Counted from the stretch's first letter, positions 38,893 through 49,098 are shown. The stretch is DNA of 64,000 nt from Parcubacteria group bacterium (GCA_028286525.1 JAQBRL010000020.1:7444-71443), one strand, 5' to 3'. Numbers and translations are program-made. The notes: generated from the letters alone by a model not told the origin.

Positions 38893-39501
38893 ATGGAAAC
38901 CGAATGGGAAGCGACGTTCTGGCCCATCGATAAGGAAAACGTTCGTGCTCGACTTAAAACCGCTGGCGCGTCCCTTATCTTTCCGGAGCGGCGCATGCGA
39001 CGTGTAAATCTATATCCGCCCGACGAAGAGTACGCTCTTCGAGCATGGGTGCGCGTACGGGACGAAGGGGACCGAATCACCCTGAGCCTGAAGGAACGAC
39101 GAGGAGATAATTCGCAGATCGAACACCAAGGCGAGATCGAACTTATCATTGATGATTTCGACCGCGCAGGAGAACTCTTGCGGCACCTGGGATGCCGGGA
39201 TAAGAATTATCAGGAGACCAACCGTGAACTATGGAAATTGCATGGTGCATCGATAACCATCGACGAATGGCCCTGGCTTGAGCCATTGATCGAGATCGAA
39301 GGTATTTCGGAGGAGCATGTGAAAGATGTGAGCACCAGGCTCGGTTTCGATTGGAATGAAGCACGTTTCGATACTGCCGATAAGATCTACGCTCAGAAGT
39401 ATGGTGTCGAGTCTCAGTTCGTAAATCGCAGTATTCCGCGGCTTATCTTCGAGGGAGATAATCCGTTCCAAAATCAAGGCCAAGCTGATATAGTGGCCTA
39501 G
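38893..39501 (+). CDS. CYTH-domain protein (triphosphate tunnel metalloenzyme family)
   Basis: ExExK-like acidic residues lie near the N-terminus (METEWEATF) and the size is about 200 aa. Confidence 0.6.
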   Translation: METEWEATFWPIDKENVRARLKTAGASLIFPERRMRRVNLYPPDEEYALRAWVRVRDEGDRITLSLKERRGDNSQIEHQGEIELIIDDFDRAGELLRHLGCRDKNYQETNRELWKLHGASITIDEWPWLEPLIEIEGISEEHVKDVSTRLGFDWNEARFDTADKIYAQKYGVESQFVNRSIPRLIFEGDNPFQNQGQADIVA

Positions 39502-39505
39502 TTGC

Positions 39506-39588
39506 GCGTCGGTGGTAGAGTGGTCAATTACAACAGGCTGTAAACCTGTCGGCTTCGGCCTACGAAGGTTCGAATCCTTCCCGGCGCA
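39506..39588 (+). tRNA. tRNA-Tyr (anticodon GTA), type II with long variable arm
   Basis: Hand-folded: acceptor GCGTCGG/CCGGCGC; D-arm GTAG...TTAC; anticodon stem ACAGG/CCTGT with loop CTGTAAA; variable arm CGGCTTCGGCCTACG; T-arm GAAGG-TTCGAAT-CCTTC; discriminator A. CCA is not encoded. Confidence 0.8.
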
Positions 39589-39593
39589 CACGG

Positions 39594-39620
39594 AAAGCTC
39601 CCGCAAGGGAGCTTTGTGCA
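39594..39620 (+). terminator. Rho-independent terminator after tRNA-Tyr
   Basis: A 9-bp stem (aaagctccc/gggagcttt) with a gcaa loop is followed by gtgcatat. Confidence 0.55.
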
Positions 39621-39705
39621 TATAGTTGGCAACTTTCCTGGACGGGTGTAGGTTCTACCCATCAACCGGCATGGTACCGGTATTGGACATTCAGTCCGGG
39701 AGGAA

Positions 39706-39966
39706 GTGATGAGCCATCCTATTCAAACCGACCGGCTTGAGCTCGGCCACATCGCCACGTTCCGGTGCGAAGACGGATCGGAAGTCCGCTACCGCATTGG
39801 CGAGGCGAACGATATGACGACCGAGCCCGAGACGCACAGCATCCACTGGCTCGCGCCCTTCGTCGGCAAATGCGTCGGCCATCGGGCCGAGGTCGCCGCT
39901 CCTGAAGGGAACGTCACGTGGATGCGGCTCCTCAAACTGGAGATTCCGGAGCAACTCGCAGCGTGA
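39706..39966 (+). CDS. Small protein resembling the GreA/GreB C-terminal (FKBP-like) domain
   Basis: HWLAPFVGKCVGHRAEVAAPEGNVTWMRLLKLE resembles the GreA C-terminal domain SPLGRALLGKKVGD.V.V..P.G. Confidence 0.4.
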   Translation: MMSHPIQTDRLELGHIATFRCEDGSEVRYRIGEANDMTTEPETHSIHWLAPFVGKCVGHRAEVAAPEGNVTWMRLLKLEIPEQLAA

Positions 39967-40040
39967 GCAGGTTCCTGAACCTTAACCGCCTGGCCGCGCC
40001 CCCACCCGGGACGCGGCCATCGCTTTGCCTGTGCTATCGT

Positions 40041-40997
40041 ATGCCCATGTCCAAACCAGTCCTCCTGTCCGGCATGAAGCCGACCGGCACCGCTCATATC
40101 GGTAACTATTTCGGTGCGCTCAAACAGTGGGTCGACCTGCAAGAGGCAGGTGCCCACGATTGCTTCTTCATGATCGCGGACTACCACGCGCTCAACTTCA
40201 TTCAGGATGCAGGCCAGATGCACGCGCTTACGACGGAACTCGCACGCACCTTGCTCGCCATAGGCCTCGACCCAGAGCGCGTCACCATCTTCAAACAATC
40301 TACCGTCGCGGCTCATACCGAGCTCACGTGGATATTCGATACCATAACCACCATGCCGTATCTCATGCGCGCGCATGCCTTCAAGGATGCCGAGGCGAAG
40401 GATAAGGAAATAAACGTAGGCACCTTCAATTATCCGATGCTCATGGCGGCCGATATCCTGCTCTACGACGCAAAGGCCGTGCCCGTAGGCCAGGACCAGA
40501 AGCAGCATATCGAATACGCACGCGATACCGCGGAGAAATTCAATCGCGTCTTCAATGCCGAAACCTTCATCCTCCCCGAGCCCTATATCATGCCGGAAGT
40601 CGCCATCGTACCAGGTACCGACGGTCAGAAGATGAGCAAATCCTATGGAAACACCATTCCTCTGTTCGCGACACATGAAGAACTCACGAAAGCGGTTATG
40701 GGCATCGTCACTGATTCTTCTGGTGAACGCCCCGGCAACGTATACGCCATCCATCGCCTCGTACGAAGCGAGGATGAACTCGATACGCTCTACGAAGAGA
40801 ACAAGGGCCAGTACAAAGCTCTTAAGGAAGCTCTTATCGAGGACCTCGAAGCATTCATCGCGCCGATGCGCAAACGATACGAAGCACTTGAAGATTCGAA
40901 CGAGATAGACAAAGTACTTACCCGTGGCGCCGAAGTCGCACGAGCGCGAACGGACAAGAAAATGTATGAAGTTCGGTCCGCAATTGGGGTTTCCTAA
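40041..40997 (+). CDS. trpS: Tryptophanyl-tRNA synthetase
   Basis: TGTAHIGNYFGA (HIGH-type) and KMSKSYGN are present. Confidence 0.92.
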   Translation: MPMSKPVLLSGMKPTGTAHIGNYFGALKQWVDLQEAGAHDCFFMIADYHALNFIQDAGQMHALTTELARTLLAIGLDPERVTIFKQSTVAAHTELTWIFDTITTMPYLMRAHAFKDAEAKDKEINVGTFNYPMLMAADILLYDAKAVPVGQDQKQHIEYARDTAEKFNRVFNAETFILPEPYIMPEVAIVPGTDGQKMSKSYGNTIPLFATHEELTKAVMGIVTDSSGERPGNVYAIHRLVRSEDELDTLYEENKGQYKALKEALIEDLEAFIAPMRKRYEALEDSNEIDKVLTRGAEVARARTDKKMYEVRSAIGVS

Positions 40998-41042
40998 TAA
41001 ATTCTGAATAAGGTATCCTCGAATCAGAACAGGAGAGGTTCC

Positions 41043-41318
41043 ATGCCCACACACTGGAATGTGCTATATCTCGTGCTGGCAATCGTGTACGCCGTACCGA
41101 TAGCCTTCTACTGCCGAAATGGCTACTATCTGTTTCGCATCGAGTTCGAATCAATTCCTTCGAAGGAGTACAGGGTTCGGCGTGACGGAAGATATATGAC
41201 CGCGCTTCCTGCTCATTGGATCCGCAAGCTCCGTCGGTTCAGCCGCTACAGTGATCAAATGACGTGGCTGAACATAATCATGGGAGTCCTGCTGGTCGTG
41301 TCGATCCTTGTACCATGA
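41043..41318 (+). CDS. Small hypothetical membrane protein
   Basis: Two hydrophobic segments are present. Confidence 0.35.
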   Translation: MPTHWNVLYLVLAIVYAVPIAFYCRNGYYLFRIEFESIPSKEYRVRRDGRYMTALPAHWIRKLRRFSRYSDQMTWLNIIMGVLLVVSILVP

Positions 41319-41386
41319 AGCGTGGGTTCGGAGCGACCCGGAACGAGAGTTCCGGGTCCTCTCTTTGCGTGCTATTTTAGACCTAT

Positions 41387-42697
41387 ATGCAGGGCCGAAT
41401 ACTGATAGGGGAGCTGGCTTCCCATGTAGGTGAGACCGTGACCATCGCTGGGTGGATAGATGTCCGCCGCGACCAGGGCAAGCTCGTATTCTTCGATTTC
41501 CGCGACCGCAGCGGCCTCGTGCAGGGTGTCATACTTCCGGGCGATGTGACCCTTATGGAGACCGCCAAAAGTACCCGTAACGAGTTCGTCGTGAGCGTAA
41601 CCGGCATCGTGAATAAGCGCCCCGAGAAGAACGTTCAAGAGGGGAAGCTGAACGGGGACATCGAACTCGAAATAAAGGGGATCGAGATACTCTCTAAGGC
41701 AGAAGAACTTCCGTTCGATAAGGACACCGACCTCAATATCGACACGCGGTTCGATTACCGCCCCTACACGCTCCGCAGCCAACGAGATAGAGACATCTTT
41801 ACGGTGCAGGCCACTATACTCGACGCGTATCGCAACTCACTCACGCGCCAAGGCCTCTTGGAATTCGTCGCGCCAGCGCTCGTGGGAGGAGACGCCGAAG
41901 GAGGGGCAGCAGTCTTTAAGGTTGGGTACTACTACGACCAGACCGCGTACCTCGCGACCTCGCCGCAGCTCTATAAGCAGATCATGGTCGGTGCATTCGA
42001 ACGCGTCTTCACCATCGCGAAGATCTTCCGTGCGGAGAAGCACGCGACCACGCGCCATCTTTCCGAGCTGACCCAGATGGACTTCGAGATGGGCTTCATA
42101 CAGGACGAATTCGACGTCATGGCAGTGCTCGAGACCGTAGTTCGCGATACCGTTACTGAAGTAGCGGACAAGCACGCAGCCGAGTTCGAACGCCTGGGCG
42201 CGGAAGTGCCCCAGCTCGGCGAGAAGTTCCCTGTACTTACGCTCGCTGAAGCCCACAAGACGCTCGGAGTCGCTCCGGAAGACGACATGACGCCCGAGCA
42301 CGAGCGCGACATATGCGCGTGGGCGCTCAAGGAGCATGGTTCTGACTTCGTATTCATCACGAAGTTCCCGACCGCTTCGCGCGCGTTCTATACCATGTCC
42401 GACAGAGAGACGCTCAGCCGCGGCTTTGACCTCCTTTTCCGTGGACTCGAGATAAACAGCGGTGCGCAGCGCATCCATGACTATGACGAGATGGTGGCTC
42501 GCATCGTCGAGCGCGGAATGGACCCTGCGAAATTCGCATTCTATCTCCAAGCATTCAAGTACGGCATGCCGCCGCACGGTGGCTGCTCAACGGGGCTTGA
42601 GCGCTTTACGGCGCGCATGCTCGAACTGGGTAACGTGAAAGAGGCGAGTGCCTTCCCGCGCGACATGAATCGTATCGATACGCTCCTCTCCCAATAG
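41387..42697 (+). CDS. aspS: Aspartyl-tRNA synthetase, short (archaeal/non-discriminating-type, 436 aa)
   Basis: Class II motifs 1-3 and an N-terminal OB fold are present, with no GAD insertion. Confidence 0.9.
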   Translation: MQGRILIGELASHVGETVTIAGWIDVRRDQGKLVFFDFRDRSGLVQGVILPGDVTLMETAKSTRNEFVVSVTGIVNKRPEKNVQEGKLNGDIELEIKGIEILSKAEELPFDKDTDLNIDTRFDYRPYTLRSQRDRDIFTVQATILDAYRNSLTRQGLLEFVAPALVGGDAEGGAAVFKVGYYYDQTAYLATSPQLYKQIMVGAFERVFTIAKIFRAEKHATTRHLSELTQMDFEMGFIQDEFDVMAVLETVVRDTVTEVADKHAAEFERLGAEVPQLGEKFPVLTLAEAHKTLGVAPEDDMTPEHERDICAWALKEHGSDFVFITKFPTASRAFYTMSDRETLSRGFDLLFRGLEINSGAQRIHDYDEMVARIVERGMDPAKFAFYLQAFKYGMPPHGGCSTGLERFTARMLELGNVKEASAFPRDMNRIDTLLSQ

Positions 42698-42698
42698 C

Positions 42699-44105
42699 AT
42701 GAAGATCACCCTCGCTAAAGATTCGATAGAGAAGGCACCGAAGGGTTACGTGCGCGTGCGTTTCGTACCGGAGAAAGGAGTAAAGCGCCTCGTGCGGGAA
42801 GGAGGTACGGACACCATCGAGCTCGGCGTCGCTACTCCGATGAATCGCCGGAAGTTCATTACGCTGTGCCGTTCTATCGTCACGACCGCCAAGCAATTCA
42901 AAGCGAAGAAAATCGCCGTCCAGTTCGACACCACGCCGTGGCTCTGGAAAGGCATGGAACAGGTGTCGCCGGAAGACCTTTCCCGTCTCGCTGCAGAGAA
43001 CTATGAGATGGCCAATTTCGAATTCACCAAGTTCAAGACGAAACCGAAGGAAGGATGGAATACCGTGGAGGAAATCATCGTATACGGCCCCTGGGACAAA
43101 GCCGTAGACGCAGGCGCAAAGCGCGGCCAAATGATCGGGGATGAAGTGAATAAGACGCGCTCGCTCGCGAACACTCCGGGAGGCGACATGACTCCCAAAG
43201 GTCTCGCGCAAGCCGCCAAGAATGCCGTACAGGGCCTTCCGGTGACCGTCACCACGCTCACGATGGCGCAGATGAAGTCGCTCGGCATGGGGGCGCTCCT
43301 TGGCGTCGGCAAGGGTTCCATTCATCCGCCGACGTTCACTATCATGGAATACAAGGGCGCGGCGGATGCTCCTATCGTGCTCGCCGGCAAGGGCATTACC
43401 TTCGATTCAGGAGGACTCAATCTCAAGCCATCGAACGCCATCTATGAAATGCACATGGATATGTCTGGAGCGGCCGCGGTCATACACACCGTCGCGCTTG
43501 CGGCACGCCTGAAGCTCAAGAAGCATGTCATCGGCCTCATTCCTTCGGCGGAGAACATGCCCGGGAACGAAGCGTATCGTCCGGGCGATATACTGCGCTC
43601 CATGTCCGGAAAGACCATCGAGGTCCTCAATACGGACGCCGAGGGACGTCTCGTGCTTGCCGACGCCATTACCTATGCAAAGAAATTCAAGCCAAGCGTC
43701 GTCATCGATGTGGCGACGCTTACGGGCGCCGCGCTTTCCGCGCTCGGACTCTACGCAAGCGGCGTCATGAGCCGCGACGAGTCGCTCGCGCAAAACCTTA
43801 CGAAGCTCGGCGAAGAGAGCGGCGATTACGTCTGGCCGCTTCCGCTCTGGGACGAGTACGAGGCAGCGATACAGGGCACCTTCGCGGATATTACCAATAT
43901 CGGCACGGGGCAATCCGGCCGGTACGGCGGCGCTATCGAGGGCGGCATCTTCCTCTGGCAATTCGCCAAGGAGCTTGCGTGCCCCTGGGCGCACCTCGAT
44001 ATCGCTCCGCGCATGACCGCCGCACCGGGCGAGGAGCTCGCCAAGGGTGCCGCCGGCGCACCCGTCCGCCTGCTCATCCGCTTCATCGAGTCATGGAAAC
44101 CGTAA
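42699..44105 (+). CDS. pepA: Leucyl aminopeptidase (M17)
   Basis: NTDAEGRLVLADA and other M17 metal-ligand blocks are present. Confidence 0.9.
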   Translation: MKITLAKDSIEKAPKGYVRVRFVPEKGVKRLVREGGTDTIELGVATPMNRRKFITLCRSIVTTAKQFKAKKIAVQFDTTPWLWKGMEQVSPEDLSRLAAENYEMANFEFTKFKTKPKEGWNTVEEIIVYGPWDKAVDAGAKRGQMIGDEVNKTRSLANTPGGDMTPKGLAQAAKNAVQGLPVTVTTLTMAQMKSLGMGALLGVGKGSIHPPTFTIMEYKGAADAPIVLAGKGITFDSGGLNLKPSNAIYEMHMDMSGAAAVIHTVALAARLKLKKHVIGLIPSAENMPGNEAYRPGDILRSMSGKTIEVLNTDAEGRLVLADAITYAKKFKPSVVIDVATLTGAALSALGLYASGVMSRDESLAQNLTKLGEESGDYVWPLPLWDEYEAAIQGTFADITNIGTGQSGRYGGAIEGGIFLWQFAKELACPWAHLDIAPRMTAAPGEELAKGAAGAPVRLLIRFIESWKP

Positions 44106-44833
44106 TCAAGGAGTCGGGCCTCCACTTCCGCACGGATGCCTACGAAGGCCCGTTCGAGCTCGTGCTCGAACTCATCGAGAAGCGCAAGCTTTCCATAAGC
44201 GACATATCGCTTTCGCAGGTGACGGACGATTACATCCAGCACGTGCGCACGCAGGCGAAATTCCCCATGGAAGACGCAGCGCAATTCATCGGGGTCGCCG
44301 CCACCCTGCTTTTAATAAAATCGAAATCCCTTATCCCTGACTTGGAACTCTCGGAGGAGGAGGAGAGCGATGTGGACGAGCTCAAGCGCAGGCTCACGGA
44401 ATACGAGCGCGTACGCGAGATGATGCGCGAACTCGCGCGTATCTTCGGCCGACAGGTCATGGTCTCGGCAGGGGAACGCGCGCCCGAGGTCGTCTTCGCC
44501 CCCAGCAAAGACCTCACCACTGCGAACCTCACCGAAGCGCTCGCGGATGCGCTGACCGCGCTCGAAAAAGAAGAGAAGCTGCCGGAAGCGCGCGTGCGCA
44601 CCATGATCACCATCGAAGAGATGATGGAGCGGCTGGTTGCGCGCGTGCAGCAGAAACTCACGATGTCCTTCGCCGAATTCGCGGGAGATGCCAAGGAGCG
44701 CGTGGAGGTAATCGTCTCATTTCTGGCGCTTCTCGAACTCGTGAAGCAGGGCGCAGTCGACGCGCTCCAGCACGGTACCTTCGCGGATATCCGCATCACC
44801 AATACCGCCCCCGCGACTCCCTCCTACGGCTAG
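44093..44833 (+). CDS. scpA: Segregation and condensation protein A
   Basis: It has an ScpA N-terminus (FEGPFELVLELIEKRKL) and overlaps the pepA end by 13 nt. Confidence 0.8.
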   Translation: METVIKESGLHFRTDAYEGPFELVLELIEKRKLSISDISLSQVTDDYIQHVRTQAKFPMEDAAQFIGVAATLLLIKSKSLIPDLELSEEEESDVDELKRRLTEYERVREMMRELARIFGRQVMVSAGERAPEVVFAPSKDLTTANLTEALADALTALEKEEKLPEARVRTMITIEEMMERLVARVQQKLTMSFAEFAGDAKERVEVIVSFLALLELVKQGAVDALQHGTFADIRITNTAPATPSYG

Positions 44834-44836
44834 CAT

Positions 44837-45334
44837 ATGAAAACAATTCTCATGATGGTTATGACCGTGAACGGATTCATTGCACGTTTAAACGATGAAG
44901 TACCTTGGTCACCAGAGGAATTCAAGCGTTGCGCCGAATTCGCACGAGAAGCGGGTAATATCATCGTAGGTCGCAAAACCTACCAGATCATGAAGGAGAC
45001 CGACGATATCGACGATGAGATCTTGACGATTGTCATTTCACGAGATGTCTTAGAGCCGCATGGCAATACGGTATATGTGACGTCCCCGACGCACGCGCTT
45101 GCCTATGCCAAAGATAAAGGGTTTGCAACAGCTAACATAGGAGGTGGCACTGCTCTTGTCACCGATTTGCTCACGCGAGGCCTTATAGATGAGATTGTGC
45201 TCGATATCGAGCCGATATTATTCGATAGAGGACTTCCTCTTGCACAAGTTTCTATACCTGATATTCACCTGGAACATCTCTCGACGCAGCAGTTCGGTGA
45301 TACGGTCCGCCTTCGGTACGAGGTCAAGAAATAA
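44837..45334 (+). CDS. Dihydrofolate-reductase-like (RibD C-terminal family) protein, in a lower-GC segment
   Basis: MVMTVNGFIAR...PW and GGGTALVTDLL resemble the DHFR / RibD C-terminal fold. GC is visibly lower than in the flanks. Confidence 0.65.
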   Translation: MKTILMMVMTVNGFIARLNDEVPWSPEEFKRCAEFAREAGNIIVGRKTYQIMKETDDIDDEILTIVISRDVLEPHGNTVYVTSPTHALAYAKDKGFATANIGGGTALVTDLLTRGLIDEIVLDIEPILFDRGLPLAQVSIPDIHLEHLSTQQFGDTVRLRYEVKK

Positions 45335-45388
45335 CAGTGGACAGGAAGGGTTTCCGCGTGTCCCTATACGCGGTATTCTATACGGACT

Positions 45389-45943
45389 ATGGCGCTCCCT
45401 CACTCCGCCCTTCTTGAAGCCGTGCTTTTTGCAGCAGGTGAGCCTCTTAACAAAGCACGGACGACCAAACTGCTTGGTCTTTCCGATGGGGATTTTGCGG
45501 ACGCGGTTATCGCACTCGCCACTGCGCTTGAGGGTAGGGGGCTTGCGCTCATCGAGACCGAGAAAGAGCTTGAGCTTCGCACCGCGCCAGGAGCGGCAGA
45601 CACGATAAAGGCACTGCGCGAGAGCGAGCTTTCGCGCGACCTCGGAAAGGCGAGCTTGGAAACCCTCGCCATGATCCTCTACCGGGGGAGCGCGACCCGC
45701 AGCGAAATAGATTGGGTCCGTGGCGTGAACTCGGCTGCAGCCATCCGCTCGCTTACGCTGCGCGGCCTTATCGAACGCGGCGAGGACGCTACCGATAAGC
45801 GCCGCGCGCGTTACACCGCTACCGTGGATGCGCTCGCCCACCTGGGCGTGAGCAAGAAAGAGGACCTGCCGCGATATGAGGAATTCACCACGACCATTGC
45901 CGCGGAAGAGCGGAAAGGGGAGGAGGACGCGAACGCCATATGA
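45389..45943 (+). CDS. scpB: Segregation and condensation protein B
   Basis: LEAVLFAAGEPL and the tandem winged-helix ScpB layout are present. Confidence 0.85.
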   Translation: MALPHSALLEAVLFAAGEPLNKARTTKLLGLSDGDFADAVIALATALEGRGLALIETEKELELRTAPGAADTIKALRESELSRDLGKASLETLAMILYRGSATRSEIDWVRGVNSAAAIRSLTLRGLIERGEDATDKRRARYTATVDALAHLGVSKKEDLPRYEEFTTTIAAEERKGEEDANAI

Positions 45944-46917
45944 AAGCAGCTGAGCATCCGGACCTGACCACGCTCATCGCGCGCCTCGAGCGGCGTCGAA
46001 GACGCCGCCAAGGCGCGACCACCCTCATGGCCGCCGTCGGCCTCATTGGGTTCGGCGTCATGATGGTACCGGTGCTCGGAAATCATCATTCCTTTTCGGT
46101 GGCGCTGTCCTCCCCGGCGACGAGCACTCCGGCAGCAGGGAATGCCTATGCGCACGTCGCGCTCATCGGGCACGCTGCAGTCGTCTATGATCTATCGACC
46201 GGGCAGATGCTGTACGAAAAGAATGCGGACACGCAATTGCCGCTCGCATCCCTCACAAAACTGCTCACCACCTACGCTGCAGTGACGAATCTTACGCCGG
46301 ATGCACCCGTCGTGATCACCGACACGGCCGTCGCGCAGGAAGGCGATAGCGGCCTTGCCGTCGGCCAGACGTTCGCGCTGAAAGATATCGCGCGTTTCGC
46401 GCTCGTCGCGTCGTCTAACGATGCCGCTGAAGCTATCGCCGAGGCAGCAGCGAGCAGGCACGCGGTCACGAACCAAAGCCTGCTTGCGAGCGCGGCGAGC
46501 GCGGCCGGTCTCACGCAGACCTATGCGCTGAACGGCACGGGGCTCGACGTAAGCGCAAAGGTCGCCGGCGGCTACGGCTCGGCGCACGATATCGCGCTTC
46601 TGGCAGGCGCGCTCCTGAAACAGGCGCCGACGATAGCGCACGCGACGATCGAGTCCGCGATCGCGGTCCGGGACTATACGGGCACCGTGCACACGCTTCC
46701 GAACACCAACCAGGACATCGCACGTGTCCCTAATCCGCTTCTTTCGAAGACCGGATTTACGGACCTCGCTGGCGGTAACCTCGTGGTCGTCTTCGATGCG
46801 GGTATCGACCACCCGGTCGCGGTCGTCGTGCTCGGCTCGACGCGCGATGGCCGCTTCACTGATGTGGAGACCTTGGTAAGCAGTACGCTCGATCATTTCG
46901 CGCAGCTGGCGCCATAG
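45940..46917 (+). CDS. D-alanyl-D-alanine carboxypeptidase (S11, DacA-like)
   Basis: SLTKLLT (SxxK), SNDAA (SxN) and KTGFT (KTG) are present. Confidence 0.8.
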   Translation: MKAAEHPDLTTLIARLERRRRRRQGATTLMAAVGLIGFGVMMVPVLGNHHSFSVALSSPATSTPAAGNAYAHVALIGHAAVVYDLSTGQMLYEKNADTQLPLASLTKLLTTYAAVTNLTPDAPVVITDTAVAQEGDSGLAVGQTFALKDIARFALVASSNDAAEAIAEAAASRHAVTNQSLLASAASAAGLTQTYALNGTGLDVSAKVAGGYGSAHDIALLAGALLKQAPTIAHATIESAIAVRDYTGTVHTLPNTNQDIARVPNPLLSKTGFTDLAGGNLVVVFDAGIDHPVAVVVLGSTRDGRFTDVETLVSSTLDHFAQLAP

Positions 46918-46921
46918 TTCT

Positions 46922-47983
46922 ATGATTTTCAATGCCGCCAGAGTTCTAATCCCTTTCGTTGCTGCGTTCATCATCGGTATCGGCCTTTCGCCCCTGGTCA
47001 CGCATTACCTATATCGCTACAAAGCCTGGAAGAAGATAGGCGGAAAGGGGAGAGGGATGGGCGACGAAACCGGCACGCCTCTCTTCGACTCTCTCCACAG
47101 CGAGCGAGAGGTTTCCACCCCGCGCATGGGTGGCATCGTCGTGTGGGGAGCGACCCTTATTACGGCGCTCCTGGCGATGGTGCTCGCTCAGGCATTCGGC
47201 GGCCCCTTCGTGAATCTCGATTTCGTGAACCGCGGGCAGACGTGGCTCCCGCTCTTCGCGCTCATTGTGGGCGCGCTCGTAGGACTTCTTGATGATATCC
47301 TCGAGGTCACCAAGAGCAGCGGAGGGCTTTCGCTCCGGTATCGCCTCCTGCTGGTGGCGCTTCTTGCCGGGTTTTCCGGGTGGTGGTTCTACGCAAAGCT
47401 CGGGGTCTCCTCCGTCGGTATTCCGTTCTTCGGAGCGATTCCGCTCGGAGTATTTTTCATACCGTTCTTCATCCTCGTCACGCTCGCGCTGTATGCCGGC
47501 GGCGTCATCGACGGCATCGATGGACTTGCCGGCGGCATCTTCGCTATCATTTTCCTCACGTATGCAGCCATCGCATTCGCGCAGAACCAGGTATCGCTGG
47601 CGGCCTTTGCGGCAACCGTTGCCGGCAGCCTCTTCGCCTTCCTCTGGTTCAATATCCCGCCTGCCCGTTTCTACTTATCGGAAACCGGCACCATGGCGCT
47701 CACGGTCGCGCTCGCTATCACCGCCTTCTCGGCGGATGTGCTCGGCGACGGCGTAGGCGTTGCCGTCCTTCCCATCATCGCACTCCCGCTTACGGTGACG
47801 GTCGCAACGAGCGCCCTGCAGGTCATCGGAAAGAAGGTATTCAAGAGGAAGATATTCCGTATCGCGCCTATCCATCACCACTTCGAAGCGCTCGGTTGGC
47901 CGGCCTATAAGGTAACGATGCGCTACTGGGTCATCACTATCATCGCCGGCATCTTCGGTATCTCGATAGCGCTTTTGAAATAG
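46922..47983 (+). CDS. mraY: Phospho-N-acetylmuramoyl-pentapeptide transferase
   Basis: It has the MraY topology and the DD(x)2D-type block GLLDDILE. Confidence 0.92.
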   Translation: MIFNAARVLIPFVAAFIIGIGLSPLVTHYLYRYKAWKKIGGKGRGMGDETGTPLFDSLHSEREVSTPRMGGIVVWGATLITALLAMVLAQAFGGPFVNLDFVNRGQTWLPLFALIVGALVGLLDDILEVTKSSGGLSLRYRLLLVALLAGFSGWWFYAKLGVSSVGIPFFGAIPLGVFFIPFFILVTLALYAGGVIDGIDGLAGGIFAIIFLTYAAIAFAQNQVSLAAFAATVAGSLFAFLWFNIPPARFYLSETGTMALTVALAITAFSADVLGDGVGVAVLPIIALPLTVTVATSALQVIGKKVFKRKIFRIAPIHHHFEALGWPAYKVTMRYWVITIIAGIFGISIALLK

Positions 47984-47984
47984 C

Positions 47985-49094
47985 ATGCGCATTCTCGCTG
48001 GCGATCGTCTGTTCTTCTTCATCGTCCTCATCCTGGTGGTGGGTGGGGCAGCGATGTTCCTTTCCGCTGCGCTTGGACTGCTCGCGCGCCAGAACGCTGA
48101 CCTCGGGCATTTGGCTATCACGCAGCTCGTGCTCGGCCTTATCCCGGGCCTCATTGCGCTCGTCATCATACGCTTCACCCCGCAGAAACTCTTCATGCGC
48201 GGCATCCTCCCGTTCTATATCTTCGCGGTGCTTGCGACCATTCTTGTATTCATTCCCCATGTCGGCGTGCATACCAACGGCGCTACGCGCTGGCTTCAAG
48301 TCGGTCCCGTTACCGTCCAGCCAGCGGAGTTCCTGAAGATAGCGGTCGTGCTCATGTTTGCGAGCTATCTCGCCAAAATGCGCTCCAAGCTCTCTGATAT
48401 GCGGTACGGCCTGCTCGGGTTCGGAGTCATCGTGGGCATCCCTGCCGCGCTTCTCGTCATGCAGCCGAATACCTCTACCTTGCTCGTGCTCGGCGCCACG
48501 ACTGCGGCGATGTACTTCATCGCTGGCGCCCCCTGGCGTGACTTCGCTGTCTTGCTCGTAGTCGCGCTCGTGGGACTCGGCATCATCATCGCCGCGCGCC
48601 CGTACGTGCTGCAGCGCATACAGACATTCGTGCATCCAGCCGATAACTCGCTTACGAGCGGCTATCAGATCCAGCAGTCCTTGATCGCGGTCGGTTCAGG
48701 GGGACTGCTGGGCCGTGGCTTCGGGCAGAGCGTGCAGAAATTCAATTATCTTCCGGCAGCGGTGGATGATGCGATATTCGCGGTATACGCCGAGGAGTTC
48801 GGGTTCGTAGGCGCCGTCTTCCTCGTGCTGCTCTTCCTCGCGTTCGCCGCGCGCGGGCTCATGATAGCGGCGGAGGCGAGCAACGCGTTCGGGACATTCG
48901 CCGCTACCGGACTGACCCTCATCATCACTATCTCGGCCTTCCTCAACATCGGCGCCATGCTTTCCATATTCCCGCTCACCGGGCTTCCGCTGCCATTCAT
49001 CAGTCATGGAGGCACGGCGCTCCTAGCGGCGCTCGCATCCATCGGCGTCATCCTCAATATCGCTGCGAACCGCGCGAAGAAGCGAACGCGTTAG
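47985..49094 (+). CDS. ftsW: SEDS-family peptidoglycan glycosyltransferase FtsW/RodA
   Basis: Ten TM helices and SEDS conserved blocks (PAEFLK, SHGGTALL) are present. Confidence 0.88.
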   Translation: MRILAGDRLFFFIVLILVVGGAAMFLSAALGLLARQNADLGHLAITQLVLGLIPGLIALVIIRFTPQKLFMRGILPFYIFAVLATILVFIPHVGVHTNGATRWLQVGPVTVQPAEFLKIAVVLMFASYLAKMRSKLSDMRYGLLGFGVIVGIPAALLVMQPNTSTLLVLGATTAAMYFIAGAPWRDFAVLLVVALVGLGIIIAARPYVLQRIQTFVHPADNSLTSGYQIQQSLIAVGSGGLLGRGFGQSVQKFNYLPAAVDDAIFAVYAEEFGFVGAVFLVLLFLAFAARGLMIAAEASNAFGTFAATGLTLIITISAFLNIGAMLSIFPLTGLPLPFISHGGTALLAALASIGVILNIAANRAKKRTR

Positions 49095-49098
49095 ATAT

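Noticed and set aside
39789-41054. 421-aa minus-strand ORF
   Set aside because: It lies entirely antisense to trpS, which has clear HIGH/KMSKS motifs.
46192-47001. 269-aa minus-strand ORF
   Set aside because: It is antisense to the DacA-like and mraY genes.
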